NCBI GenBank assembly: GCA_002726235.1
Contig: PBSN01000016.1
Span: 1-41,689 of the forward strand
Direction of reading: 5' to 3'
Source: Nitrospiraceae bacterium
GTDB taxonomy: Bacteria; Nitrospirota; Nitrospiria; Nitrospirales; UBA2166
DNA: 41,689 bases
Positions 9,321 to 18,278 of this stretch are shown one piece after another. A model generated the notes under the pieces. The model was not told the DNA's origin. It worked only from the letters and a program-made list of their open reading frames with translations, and searched no databases. Each line of letters begins with the position of its first letter. Position 1 is the first letter of the stretch. The translations under genes were made by a program, and so were the position numbers.

Positions 9321-9504
9321 AATCCTTTTAAATCACGAGATTACGTTCTTTGGCCTCCATCGCCTGATCAGCAAGTGGATTACCATACGTGTCGACTTCA
9401 TGTTCCTTCTTCAAATCTTCCTCATCGGCCTTCTCAAACGCTGTTCTGCTACTCCATGATTCCTCATTTCGTGAGGCAACTTTGTTCTGACGGAAGCAAC
9501 GAAC

Positions 9505-9534
9505 CTTATACAAGTCTCTGAATACCACTGTCAA
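9505..9534 (-). promoter_or_regulatory. Sigma70-type promoter upstream of tRNA-Leu/ilvD
   Basis: TTGACA-N18-TATAAG on the minus strand. Confidence 0.6.
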
Positions 9535-9811
9535 ATCAGGTAATCAGAACCAAACGCGCTTCTTGTTTTTCGTACCCTGTGCTAGTGCTTGAATGAACCC
9601 ACACTCAGATCAACTCAGTCTCACGATTGCTCCATACCACAGTCCAAGGTGGTACGTGGCTAGAAGAATAGACTTTCAATGTGCTACATCCTTGGTGTAA
9701 ATCCTTGTCCACTCCTCCGGCATTACAACCCTAACTTGTTTGCTCATTATTGGGATCAGGCATCTTAACCTTATCACTGATACATTCTACGCAGGATATC
9801 TCATCGGTCTC

Positions 9812-10687
9812 TTACGTCTGCCGTTTTTGATCTGTCATATGGGGCAGGAGAATTTCGAGGACACCAAGATAGCCACTGTTTGCGGCCATATTAATAGGTT
9901 GCATGCCGAGTTGAGAGCGCGCCAACACGTTTGCCCCTCCGGAGATCAGACGCTTCACGATAGCAATATAACCTTTACCAGCGGCGTGATGTAATGGGGT
10001 GAACCCTTCTTCATCAGACATGTCCACCGAAACATCAGCATGAAGTAAGAAGCCTACCATGTCCATATGTCCAACCAAACACGCCAACGCCAAAGGCGTT
10101 TGTCCCTTAGTGGTTACGGCGTTCATATCAGAAGACGCGGTACTGAGCAATCGGGCCACGGGCACATGCCCACCCAATGCCGCCGAATGGAGCGGGATAA
10201 AGCCGTCATCGTTGGTCCCATGAACGAAAGCTCCATTTTTGAGCGCCAAATCCACAAGCTTTATGGCACCTTGTATCGCAGCCATATGCAACAGCGACAA
10301 TCCAGTATCAGTGGTGAGGGAAATATCCGCTCCCTTTTCAAGAAGCAACGCGGCAATCTCGTGATGTCGCCCATGCGCGGTCAGATGCAACGAGGTAAAT
10401 CCAAACTGATCTTTAGCATTGATATGGGCGCCCGCTTCGATAAGCAGCTTCACAACTTCCCTATGCCCATATTCCGACGCGAGATGCAGCGGCGACATGC
10501 GTCCATGGATCTCGAAATCGTTGACAGTTGCGCCTTGAGCAATCAGCGTCCCCACCAACGGAGTGTCCCCACGCCGAGCAGCATCATGCAATGGCCCAGG
10601 AAAAGCATCCTGCGGCAAAAAGACCACTAAGAATGCGAGAATTACCAAACGACCTGTCACACTTTCCCGCATAGGCTCGCAACTCAT
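9812..10687 (-). CDS. Exported ankyrin-repeat protein
   Basis: About 7-8 GxTPLHxAxxxG repeats, a hydrophobic N-terminal segment, and an ATGA overlap with the upstream gene. Confidence 0.9.
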   Translation of the reverse strand: MSCEPMRESVTGRLVILAFLVVFLPQDAFPGPLHDAARRGDTPLVGTLIAQGATVNDFEIHGRMSPLHLASEYGHREVVKLLIEAGAHINAKDQFGFTSLHLTAHGRHHEIAALLLEKGADISLTTDTGLSLLHMAAIQGAIKLVDLALKNGAFVHGTNDDGFIPLHSAALGGHVPVARLLSTASSDMNAVTTKGQTPLALACLVGHMDMVGFLLHADVSVDMSDEEGFTPLHHAAGKGYIAIVKRLISGGANVLARSQLGMQPINMAANSGYLGVLEILLPHMTDQKRQT

Positions 10688-11172
10688 TCAAGCCGTTCAA
10701 CAGAACGAAATTTCATGCGTAACAGACATTTGTTTCCTGGATTCTGGTTTCCTTCGGAAGATATGTAGCTAGCATGAACGTCTCCTTTTAGGAAAACCGC
10801 CTGAAGATCTTCATCAAGCATGATCCTTCCATAGATCGAATAGAACCACACTTCAAAGGGAGGCGCTTGGACCGCGGGATGAATAGCTTCAGAGGCTATG
10901 ATAGCAACAAACTCTGCTCGCGATGATGATTTTATATATCGAACCATTTTCATCACAATAGGATTTTCAAAATCAGCATTGAACGCAATGGTCAATTGGT
11001 TTGAGGCGTCAAAACTAAACCACATCTCACTGGTTGGAGTTGTTTCAAAATCTCCATTATCACAGGCTTCAACAATCTTGGTAATATCAAGCTTGAACAC
11101 TTCAGCTGCGTGAGCCGTTGCAAATGAAAAGATCATCGCGCTGAAACAAACGTAAATGATTTCGCGTCTCAT
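10684..11172 (-). CDS. Hypothetical secreted protein
   Basis: AGGAGG ribosome-binding site, signal peptide ending AHA-A, coupled to the ankyrin gene. No family recognised. Confidence 0.7.
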   Translation of the reverse strand: MRREIIYVCFSAMIFSFATAHAAEVFKLDITKIVEACDNGDFETTPTSEMWFSFDASNQLTIAFNADFENPIVMKMVRYIKSSSRAEFVAIIASEAIHPAVQAPPFEVWFYSIYGRIMLDEDLQAVFLKGDVHASYISSEGNQNPGNKCLLRMKFRSVERLE

Positions 11173-11405
11173 CAAAACCTCCTGCCAAGGTTAATACTAT
11201 GCGATACCACGCCGAGCGTAGTCTAGCACTATCCCATCACACAGAAAACGACTGAGACGGACGTGATCATGGTACAATGTTCGAGAATCTGTTCATGTAC
11301 CATCCCGTATCACGTACAGCCAATGGAACACATGTATAAAATGTCAAACTTCAGTTTTTACACATTAAATCTGCACCAGCATACATTTATAGTAGCGTTA
11401 CGACC

Positions 11406-12482
11406 TTGAGCCGTCCGGACAGCGAGCGGGTCATCAGAACGACTCGTGAACAACTTCGAATCCCCGCAACATCAGTTGATCTCACCCCACTACCAGGTGA
11501 TGCCTCCAATCGCAGGTATTTTCGCGTATCTCTGAAATCCCTGTCTCGACACCGCACACAATCTCTCATTCTGATGCAGCTACATGATCCAGAAGGATTT
11601 AAGCAATCTGAAGAAGCGATCAGCATAAGCCATATCCCAATTACGGAACTACCATTCGTAAACATTCATGCTCATTTACGGGCATCAAATGTTCCCGTTC
11701 CTCGACTCCACTACTACGATCACGATGCCGGGCTGCTTTATCTTGAAGATCTCGGAGACATAACACTTAAGCATGCCACGTGTAATGCTGACCAACAGAT
11801 TATTCATACGCTGTATACCAAAGCAATTGATCTTCTGTGTGCAATACACACGCGCGCATCACGCCAAAACCAGACAGCGCAACAATGTATCGCATTTGGA
11901 CGAATATTCGACGTCCCACTCCTTACGTGGGAGTTTGATCACTTTCTTGAATACGGAGTCATCGCAAGAAATGGGCGCCTAATGTGCTCGAATGATTTTG
12001 TCCCATTGAAGGAAGAGTTCCAGAAAATTGCTGAGTTAATTGCATCCCAGCATCAAGTATTTACACACCGTGACTACCATTCTCAAAATCTCATGGTACA
12101 CGGAAATAAGATTGGTCTTCTGGACTTTCAGGACGCCCTTATGGGGCCAGCGGCATATGACTTAGCATCCCTTCTTAGAGACGCATACATCCAACTAGAC
12201 GAGGAGATCGTCGATGAATTTGTCATGAGATACATCAACAATATGCCAAAGGACTTGATTGGCGATATAGATGATTTTCGTCGAGTTTTTGATTTCACAA
12301 GTATCCAGCGAAACCTCAAAGCCGCTGGACGGTTTGTCTACATCGCCAATGTCAAAAAGAACTCGAAATTCCTTGCCTATATTCCTCGAACACTTGGATA
12401 CGTAAAGAGAAATCTCCAGAAATATCCCGAGCTCAAGACACTCCATACTCATCTCGCTCCGTATGTACCGGAGCTCAGTTAA
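11406..12482 (+). CDS. amgK: Anomeric MurNAc/GlcNAc kinase (APH family)
   Basis: Motifs GDASNRRYFR, LEDLGD, HRDYHSQNLM, LDFQDA and YDLASLL. Adjacent to murU. Confidence 0.85.
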   Translation: MSRPDSERVIRTTREQLRIPATSVDLTPLPGDASNRRYFRVSLKSLSRHRTQSLILMQLHDPEGFKQSEEAISISHIPITELPFVNIHAHLRASNVPVPRLHYYDHDAGLLYLEDLGDITLKHATCNADQQIIHTLYTKAIDLLCAIHTRASRQNQTAQQCIAFGRIFDVPLLTWEFDHFLEYGVIARNGRLMCSNDFVPLKEEFQKIAELIASQHQVFTHRDYHSQNLMVHGNKIGLLDFQDALMGPAAYDLASLLRDAYIQLDEEIVDEFVMRYINNMPKDLIGDIDDFRRVFDFTSIQRNLKAAGRFVYIANVKKNSKFLAYIPRTLGYVKRNLQKYPELKTLHTHLAPYVPELS

Positions 12483-12489
12483 CCCATCC

Positions 12490-13272
12490 ATGCAAGCTAT
12501 CATTCTTGCCGCCGGATTCGGTACTCGCTTACAGCCCCTCACCAACACTATTCCAAAACCGTTGCTTCCGATCGCAAAGCGCCCTTTGATCGTCTGGAAT
12601 CTTCGCCTCCTTCGGGACCACGGGATCACCAAGGTCATCGTAAACCTTCATCATCTCGGCGACCAGATCGAACGCTATCTTGGCAGTGGATCTCATCTTG
12701 GTATGCACATTGCCTATTCTCGGGAGAAAAAAATTCTAGGAACGGGAGGAGGAATCAAACAAGCCGAGCAGTTTTTGCGAGAATCGTCTGACGATGCGTT
12801 TTTGGTGTTCAATGGAGATACAATAATCAACATCGATCTGAGCCATATGATCGACAATCACTTTACGCACGGCGGCCTTGCGACCATGGCAGTTCGAAAC
12901 GACCCTGATGTCGACCGTTGGGGCGCGCTCGAATTGGACAATACTAATCGGATAGTCACTATTCTAGGGCGTGGACAACCCGCCGCACACAAGACGCAAC
13001 CAATAACGCGTAAAATGTTTGCGGGGGTGCACATTATGAGTCCACTCTTGCTTCGTGATATTCCCATTGGGCAAGAATCATCCATCATCAGTCCGTATAT
13101 GAAGTGCTTGGAAGATGGTGCAAAGATTTACGGGTACCAGACGACCGGATATTGGTCAGATGTGGGAACTCCGGAGCGATACGATCAGACGAAACGAGAT
13201 GCTGAAGACGGAATCCTCAATTGGATCTCATGGGAAGAATGCGCTACAAAAACTGGAGGCCAAAACTTATAA
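12490..13272 (+). CDS. murU: MurNAc-alpha-1-phosphate uridylyltransferase / NDP-sugar pyrophosphorylase
   Basis: Motifs AIILAAGFGTRLQPLT..PKPL, LGTGGG and WSDVGTPERY. Lies downstream of amgK. Confidence 0.8.
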   Translation: MQAIILAAGFGTRLQPLTNTIPKPLLPIAKRPLIVWNLRLLRDHGITKVIVNLHHLGDQIERYLGSGSHLGMHIAYSREKKILGTGGGIKQAEQFLRESSDDAFLVFNGDTIINIDLSHMIDNHFTHGGLATMAVRNDPDVDRWGALELDNTNRIVTILGRGQPAAHKTQPITRKMFAGVHIMSPLLLRDIPIGQESSIISPYMKCLEDGAKIYGYQTTGYWSDVGTPERYDQTKRDAEDGILNWISWEECATKTGGQNL

Positions 13273-13341
13273 CCTGAGCAAAGCGCGACGATGACTATGT
13301 GCCAGAGAACAACGATGATCACGACAAAAATAGACCTCCCA

Positions 13342-14742
13342 TCATTTTCCAATACAAAACTTGCCAAAGATCTGACCCAAAATGTCATCCGTCGTCGTCA
13401 CGCCAACAATCTCACCCAAAGCATCAATCGCTACACGAAGATCCAATGCGAGACATTCGCCTGGCTGTTGATTGTCAATCGAACCCAATACGAGTTCTAA
13501 TGCATCTCGTGCGTTGCATAGCGCATTTTTATGTCGAACCTGAGTCACGATTACCGAATCATCTAACTGTCTTGTCGTATTTAGAATCACCTTCTTTATT
13601 GCATCTTTCAAGTCTTCCAAGCCCCTACCAGTCGTTGCGGAAATACTGACGATCGACCCGCTCGCATGCTGTTGTTCTAGTTCATCGACAGATATCCGTG
13701 TGCCGAGATCAACCTTATTCAGAACAATGAGATGTTGTTTGCCTTGTAGCTGCCGCAAGAATTCCCAGTCCTGCACTTCAAGCGCTACGCTTCCATCGAG
13801 CACAACGAGAATAAACTCTGCCTGATCTAACGCACGATAGGTTCGGCGAACCCCTTCCTGCTCAGCGATATCGCGACTATGACGAATCCCAGCCGTATCC
13901 AGCAATTTGATTGGAATTCCACGTATGTTCAGAAACTCTTCCAGTACATCGCGTGTTGTCCCTGGCAGTGGAGTAACAATTGCCCGATCGCTCTGCGTCA
14001 AAGCATTAAGTAGACTTGATTTCCCAACGTTCGGACGGCCGATGATGGCAGTGGCAAGTCCGTCTCGGAGTATCCGGCCTTCATCAGCCGTGTCAATTAA
14101 AGCTTGAAGCGCTGCAATACTTACCTTAATCCCACCGACACATTCCGCAGATGTCACGAAGGTAATATCTTCATCTACGAAATCAATGCCCGCTTCGATA
14201 TGCGCAAGCATCTGCACAAGATCATCTCGAATTTGCATGATGGGCTGCGAAAGCTTGCCTTCAAGTTGATGTAACGCCGCGTCCAATCCACCACTGCTCC
14301 GTGATCGAATAATATCTATAACGGCTTCGGCCTGCACGAGGTCGATGCGCCCATTGAGAAATGCTCGTTTCGTAAATTCTCCAGGTTCAGCGAGCACTGC
14401 GCCGTGCTGTACCAACAGTTCCAACACATGGTGAAGAACCAACGGACTCCCATGACAGTGAATTTCTGCCATATCCTCACGCGTATACGTGCGTGGTGCC
14501 CGCATGATCATCAACATCACCTCATCCACCAAAGTCCTTGAGTCAGGATTTTCGATCCTTCCAAGATACATCACATAGCTCTTCCATTGTTTGTGGTACC
14601 GACGGCGCTTTGATAGAAACAGTTGCCCAAGAATCTCAATCGTCTTCGGGCCACTCACACGAATTATTCCAATAGCTCCTTCCCCTGAAGCAGTGGAAAT
14701 TGCGCAGATGGTATCGCCAATATGGTCGAAAATATACATCAA
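13342..14742 (-). CDS. mnmE: tRNA modification GTPase
   Basis: Motifs DTICAIST, GEFTKRAFLNG, GRPNVGKSS and DTAG, with C-terminal FCIGK. Confidence 0.97.
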   Translation of the reverse strand: MMYIFDHIGDTICAISTASGEGAIGIIRVSGPKTIEILGQLFLSKRRRYHKQWKSYVMYLGRIENPDSRTLVDEVMLMIMRAPRTYTREDMAEIHCHGSPLVLHHVLELLVQHGAVLAEPGEFTKRAFLNGRIDLVQAEAVIDIIRSRSSGGLDAALHQLEGKLSQPIMQIRDDLVQMLAHIEAGIDFVDEDITFVTSAECVGGIKVSIAALQALIDTADEGRILRDGLATAIIGRPNVGKSSLLNALTQSDRAIVTPLPGTTRDVLEEFLNIRGIPIKLLDTAGIRHSRDIAEQEGVRRTYRALDQAEFILVVLDGSVALEVQDWEFLRQLQGKQHLIVLNKVDLGTRISVDELEQQHASGSIVSISATTGRGLEDLKDAIKKVILNTTRQLDDSVIVTQVRHKNALCNARDALELVLGSIDNQQPGECLALDLRVAIDALGEIVGVTTTDDILGQIFGKFCIGK

Positions 14743-14790
14743 CTACAGCATCCGCAAATATGACTGCATGATACGGTGTGACAGGAAAAA

Positions 14791-16572
14791 CTATTTACTG
14801 CCTTGAGAAGGCTTGCCGTGCTTCTTGGATTTCTTTGAGATTTTTTTGGACGGTTCCCCATCACCTTTCGAGGCGGATGATGATTTCAACGTCGTCTCCG
14901 GAACAGGCGCAGTGGTCCGTGGAACGAGAAACTGCTCGGTGATGTACTGCTGGGCAATAGTAAGAACATTATTGACCACCCAGTATAACACCAGTCCGGA
15001 GGCAAAATTGAGAAAGATGAACGTGAGAAAGAACGGCAACATCAACATGATTTTTGCGTGTTGTGGATTCATCGGTGTTGGCTGAATCTTTTGCTGAATG
15101 AACATTGATACACCCATCAACACGGGAAGAACGAAGAATGGATCGGGGGAGGAGAGATCACTAATCCATAGCATAAACGGTGCCTGCCGAAGCTCAACCG
15201 TCATGTACAAGATATTGAACAACGAGATAAACACCGGCATCTGGAGGAGGATTGGTAAACACCCGCCGACCGGATTCACCTTCTCGTTCTTGTAGAGGTT
15301 CATGACCTCAATATTCATCTTCTGCTTATCGTCTTTGTATTTTTTCTGAATTTCCATCATTTTCGGTTGCAGCTTAGCCATGGACTTCATCGAAACGTAG
15401 GCCTTGTACGTGAGCGGAGCAAAGAGGATTTTGATCCCAATGGTCAATATAATAATGGCGAGACCATAGTTGTGTGTGTACTCGTAGAGAAAACTGAGAA
15501 CAGAAAAAAGTGGCTTTGCAACTGCCCGAACGAGTGACCAACTCCCATAAATAAACCAGCCAAAATCAATAGTATCCTCAAGACCAACATTGAGGGCACT
15601 CAGCCCGTTGTAGGATTTCGGACCCGCATACAATCGATAGCTCGATGCCTGAGGTCCTTGCAGCGGATTGACCAGCACCCCTGCCGAAAATAGTTTCTCC
15701 TCCCGGGGAATCAAACTCACCTTCCCTAGGTCGGGACCCGCATCAGCTGCACCATCAGGAATCAACGCAGAAATAAAGTATTTGTCCTGAAGCGCAACCC
15801 AACTGAGGAGTCCCTCGCGAATTTCTTCAGCCTCCGGGCTGGTCTTATCGATCTCTCCATTCATAAATGTGGCAGGGCCGTTAATCCCGATGAACGTTTG
15901 TTCATCCCATTCAGTGACCCCGAAATTCGTGCCGAGAGACACGACATACGGATCCGACAATTCACTTGTTTTAATTTCGACATCCACAACGTAACTGTCG
16001 TTAGAGAAGGTCATGCTCTTTGAGATGCTCGCACCTGTTTGTGGATCGTGATACCAAAAGGTGAGTTCCCCACTAGGGTCAAACTCACTTAAATCAAGGT
16101 CGCCACCTTCCACTGTATACACCGCAGTGGAAAATGGGTGATTTGCTTCAGAGGCTTCAGTCAAGATGGCAAGCGGCCCAGGATACGAGACTTCCGTATC
16201 GGCAATAAGCTCAATTGGCTGACGGTTTTTTACATCCGCATTAAGATGACGCTTCAACGTCCAACTCGTAACGACACCCCCAACACTAGAGAACACCGCA
16301 CGATACAGATCGGTATTCACCTCCACGTCTTGTTCTAAGACAAGCATACCTTCCGATTGCGTGACCGCCTCAGGTAGGAGCATCTCCGGGGTCTCTTCGG
16401 ATAGGACAGGAGTTCGTTCATCTGAGTCAATGACCGTGAAGCCTCCCTCGTGAAATTCCTCATCAACCAGTGACGGCGCAGGGGTAATAATCCCCATCTT
16501 TTCCAAGAGGAGAGGATAAAACACAATAACCGTAAGCGAAATGACGAGAAAAAGGATGACCCGTTTTTCCAT
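14791..16572 (-). CDS. yidC: Membrane protein insertase
   Basis: Motifs YAGPK, IDFGW, NYGLAII, GGCLPILLQMP and GLVLYW. Confidence 0.97.
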   Translation of the reverse strand: MEKRVILFLVISLTVIVFYPLLLEKMGIITPAPSLVDEEFHEGGFTVIDSDERTPVLSEETPEMLLPEAVTQSEGMLVLEQDVEVNTDLYRAVFSSVGGVVTSWTLKRHLNADVKNRQPIELIADTEVSYPGPLAILTEASEANHPFSTAVYTVEGGDLDLSEFDPSGELTFWYHDPQTGASISKSMTFSNDSYVVDVEIKTSELSDPYVVSLGTNFGVTEWDEQTFIGINGPATFMNGEIDKTSPEAEEIREGLLSWVALQDKYFISALIPDGAADAGPDLGKVSLIPREEKLFSAGVLVNPLQGPQASSYRLYAGPKSYNGLSALNVGLEDTIDFGWFIYGSWSLVRAVAKPLFSVLSFLYEYTHNYGLAIIILTIGIKILFAPLTYKAYVSMKSMAKLQPKMMEIQKKYKDDKQKMNIEVMNLYKNEKVNPVGGCLPILLQMPVFISLFNILYMTVELRQAPFMLWISDLSSPDPFFVLPVLMGVSMFIQQKIQPTPMNPQHAKIMLMLPFFLTFIFLNFASGLVLYWVVNNVLTIAQQYITEQFLVPRTTAPVPETTLKSSSASKGDGEPSKKISKKSKKHGKPSQGSK

Positions 16573-16606
16573 TTAGCAACGATGTCCTTCTGAGGCCGAC
16601 AGGCAG

Positions 16607-16816
16607 TTATCGAACAGGATCAAACCCTCCCGGGTGGAAGGGATGACATTTAAGAATACGACGAACGGCTAACCAAGTCCCCTTGAATACACCGCATTGA
16701 TGATAGGCCGTCATCGCATAAGAGGAACACGTGGGGTAGAATCGGCACGAAGGCGGAAAAAGCGGAGAAACAATCAATTGATAGAGACGAAGGAGTAGAA
16801 GAATGCCCCTTGTCAT
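16607..16816 (-). CDS. yidD: Membrane protein insertion efficiency factor
   Basis: [10 protein letters not shown]...[16 protein letters not shown]. Confidence 0.95.
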   Translation of the reverse strand: MTRGILLLLRLYQLIVSPLFPPSCRFYPTCSSYAMTAYHQCGVFKGTWLAVRRILKCHPFHPGGFDPVR

Positions 16817-17148
16817 TAAATAGGTAATTTCTTGGCGAGAGATTGCCAGGTCCGATCAACCATGTGGTACGGCACCTTATCCATACCCGGCTTGGGGAAA
16901 AACACTAGATCTATGTTTTGAAGCAAATGTAGTCGCCCATGACACGTCATTTCACGAAACACACGTTTTGCGCGATTCCGCCTTACGGAATTGCCAAATC
17001 GTCGACCAACCATAATCCCAATCCGGTTATGAGAAAGTGCATTCGGCCGATGCAGGAGTTTAAAAAACTCTGTACGAACCCAAGTCCCTTCATCGAACAT
17101 CCTCTGAAAATTCGAGCGCCCACGAAGAATGTGTCGATGCCGAGCCAT
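16816..17148 (-). CDS. rnpA: Ribonuclease P protein component
   Basis: RNR motif ([11 protein letters not shown]) and position in the operon. Start trimmed to ATG 17148 because the longer ORF overlaps rpmH. Confidence 0.9.
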   Translation of the reverse strand: MARHRHILRGRSNFQRMFDEGTWVRTEFFKLLHRPNALSHNRIGIMVGRRFGNSVRRNRAKRVFREMTCHGRLHLLQNIDLVFFPKPGMDKVPYHMVDRTWQSLAKKLPI

Positions 17149-17176
17149 AATGAATGTGGGGGAAAACCGGATGTGA

Positions 17177-17314
17177 TTACACGGAGAGGCGAGCGCGTCC
17201 CTTAGATCGCCGCCGGGCCAAAACTTTACGCCCATTTTTCGTTCGGCTTCGTACCAAGAACCCATGAGTCCGTTTCCGCTTTTTATTTGATGGGTTGTGG
17301 AAAGTAAGAGACAT
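17177..17314 (-). CDS. rpmH: 50S ribosomal protein L34
   Basis: Hand translation [45 protein letters not shown], with a GAGGGG RBS. Not in the ORF track (45 aa). Confidence 0.97.
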   Translation of the reverse strand: MSLTFHNPSNKKRKRTHGFLVRSRTKNGRKVLARRRSKGRARLSV

Positions 17315-17354
17315 AACAAGCGACCCCTCTTCAGTCTAAAAACAAACGCCGTAG

Positions 17355-17383
17355 ATTATAGAAACCCCCTAGAACAGTGTCAA
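17355..17383 (-). promoter_or_regulatory. Consensus sigma70 promoter of the rpmH operon
   Basis: TTGACA-N17-TATAAT, a perfect consensus, 40 nt upstream of the rpmH ATG. Confidence 0.85.
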
Positions 17384-17408
17384 CCCAATGCCAAAGGAGG
17401 GACTTTGT

Positions 17409-17570
17409 ATGAGCACACACATTGGAGACACCTCTAGGGGTGGGGAGAGAGTCGATGCAAGCACTCAGGCTCCCGAGGCTTACCACCACGTCTCCACTGA
17501 TAACGTCGAAGCGCGTACACACGATGCGGGATTCCACGGTGAAGCTACTCGTCTTGGTGCTGCGTACTGA
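17409..17570 (+). CDS. Possible small hypothetical protein (53 aa)
   Basis: Strong AAGGAGGG RBS before the ATG. Fills the gap between rpmH and the PCD gene. No recognisable domain. Confidence 0.3.
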   Translation: MSTHIGDTSRGGERVDASTQAPEAYHHVSTDNVEARTHDAGFHGEATRLGAAY

Positions 17571-17589
17571 ATCTAGGATAAACGCTCGC

Positions 17590-17955
17590 CTATGGTTGGA
17601 TGCCCTCGGTAGCGGATCTCACGATTTCAAGGACGCGATCAGACTTTGCTGCCAGAAAAAAATCGCTTTCAGTCAGTCCATTTATTTTATGCGTCCAAAG
17701 ATCAACGGTGCATTTTCCCCAGCCGATGTGGAGCTCAGGGTGATGGCCTTCCTCCTCTGCGACATCTGCGAGTTTATTTGCAAAATCCATCGCATGAACA
17801 AAATTCTTGAACAGGTACGATCGTTGAAGATGAGTGGCACTGTTGGTCAATTCCCAGCTTGAGTCAAGTTGTCCAAGAAGGTTCATCGCTTGACTTTCGG
17901 TAAGTGGTGGAACCCCGCCTCGGCAAGGGATACATTTGTTGTCGGCCAAACTCAT
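17590..17955 (-). CDS. Pterin-4-alpha-carbinolamine dehydratase
   Basis: Motifs CIPCRGG, AEEEGHHP and WTHKINGLTESDFFLAAK. GGAGG RBS. Confidence 0.93.
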   Translation of the reverse strand: MSLADNKCIPCRGGVPPLTESQAMNLLGQLDSSWELTNSATHLQRSYLFKNFVHAMDFANKLADVAEEEGHHPELHIGWGKCTVDLWTHKINGLTESDFFLAAKSDRVLEIVRSATEGIQP

Positions 17956-18278
17956 GCCATCCTCCTCATGTCATCTCTGCTTATTCGTACGGTATCGCAT
18001 ATTGATTTGGTCATATTTTATCAATCAAGTCGTTAAAAAACGCAGGAAATATCATACTGCATGATCATCCGAAGTAAGCCACTCATCACAAGAAAGGAAT
18101 ACTATACACAGAGATGTTCTAGACGGAAATAACTCCCAGTGAACATCAGGTCGCATCCGCGCCGAAACCAGCAAAACAGTTGAGTTGATTGTTCAATGAC
18201 AGAAAATATTGGTGCAATCTGGAGCAGGCCTGGGAGTACAAATTCCTGACGCCGATTATGTTTGTATCGATGCAGAAA

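Noticed and set aside
8707..9459. 250-aa plus-strand ORF
   Set aside because: Antisense shadow of ilvD and the tRNA.
9328..9534. 68-aa ORF upstream of the tRNA
   Set aside because: Its TTG start is the -35 box (TTGACA) of the predicted promoter, with no RBS and no recognisable domain.
9234..11200. Genomic island integrated at tRNA-Leu
   Set aside because: No integrase and no duplicated tRNA 3' end seen. The accessory genes lie 5' of the tRNA and ilvD lies 3'.
17149..17319. N-terminal extension of RnpA in the ORF track
   Set aside because: This region encodes rpmH in another frame.
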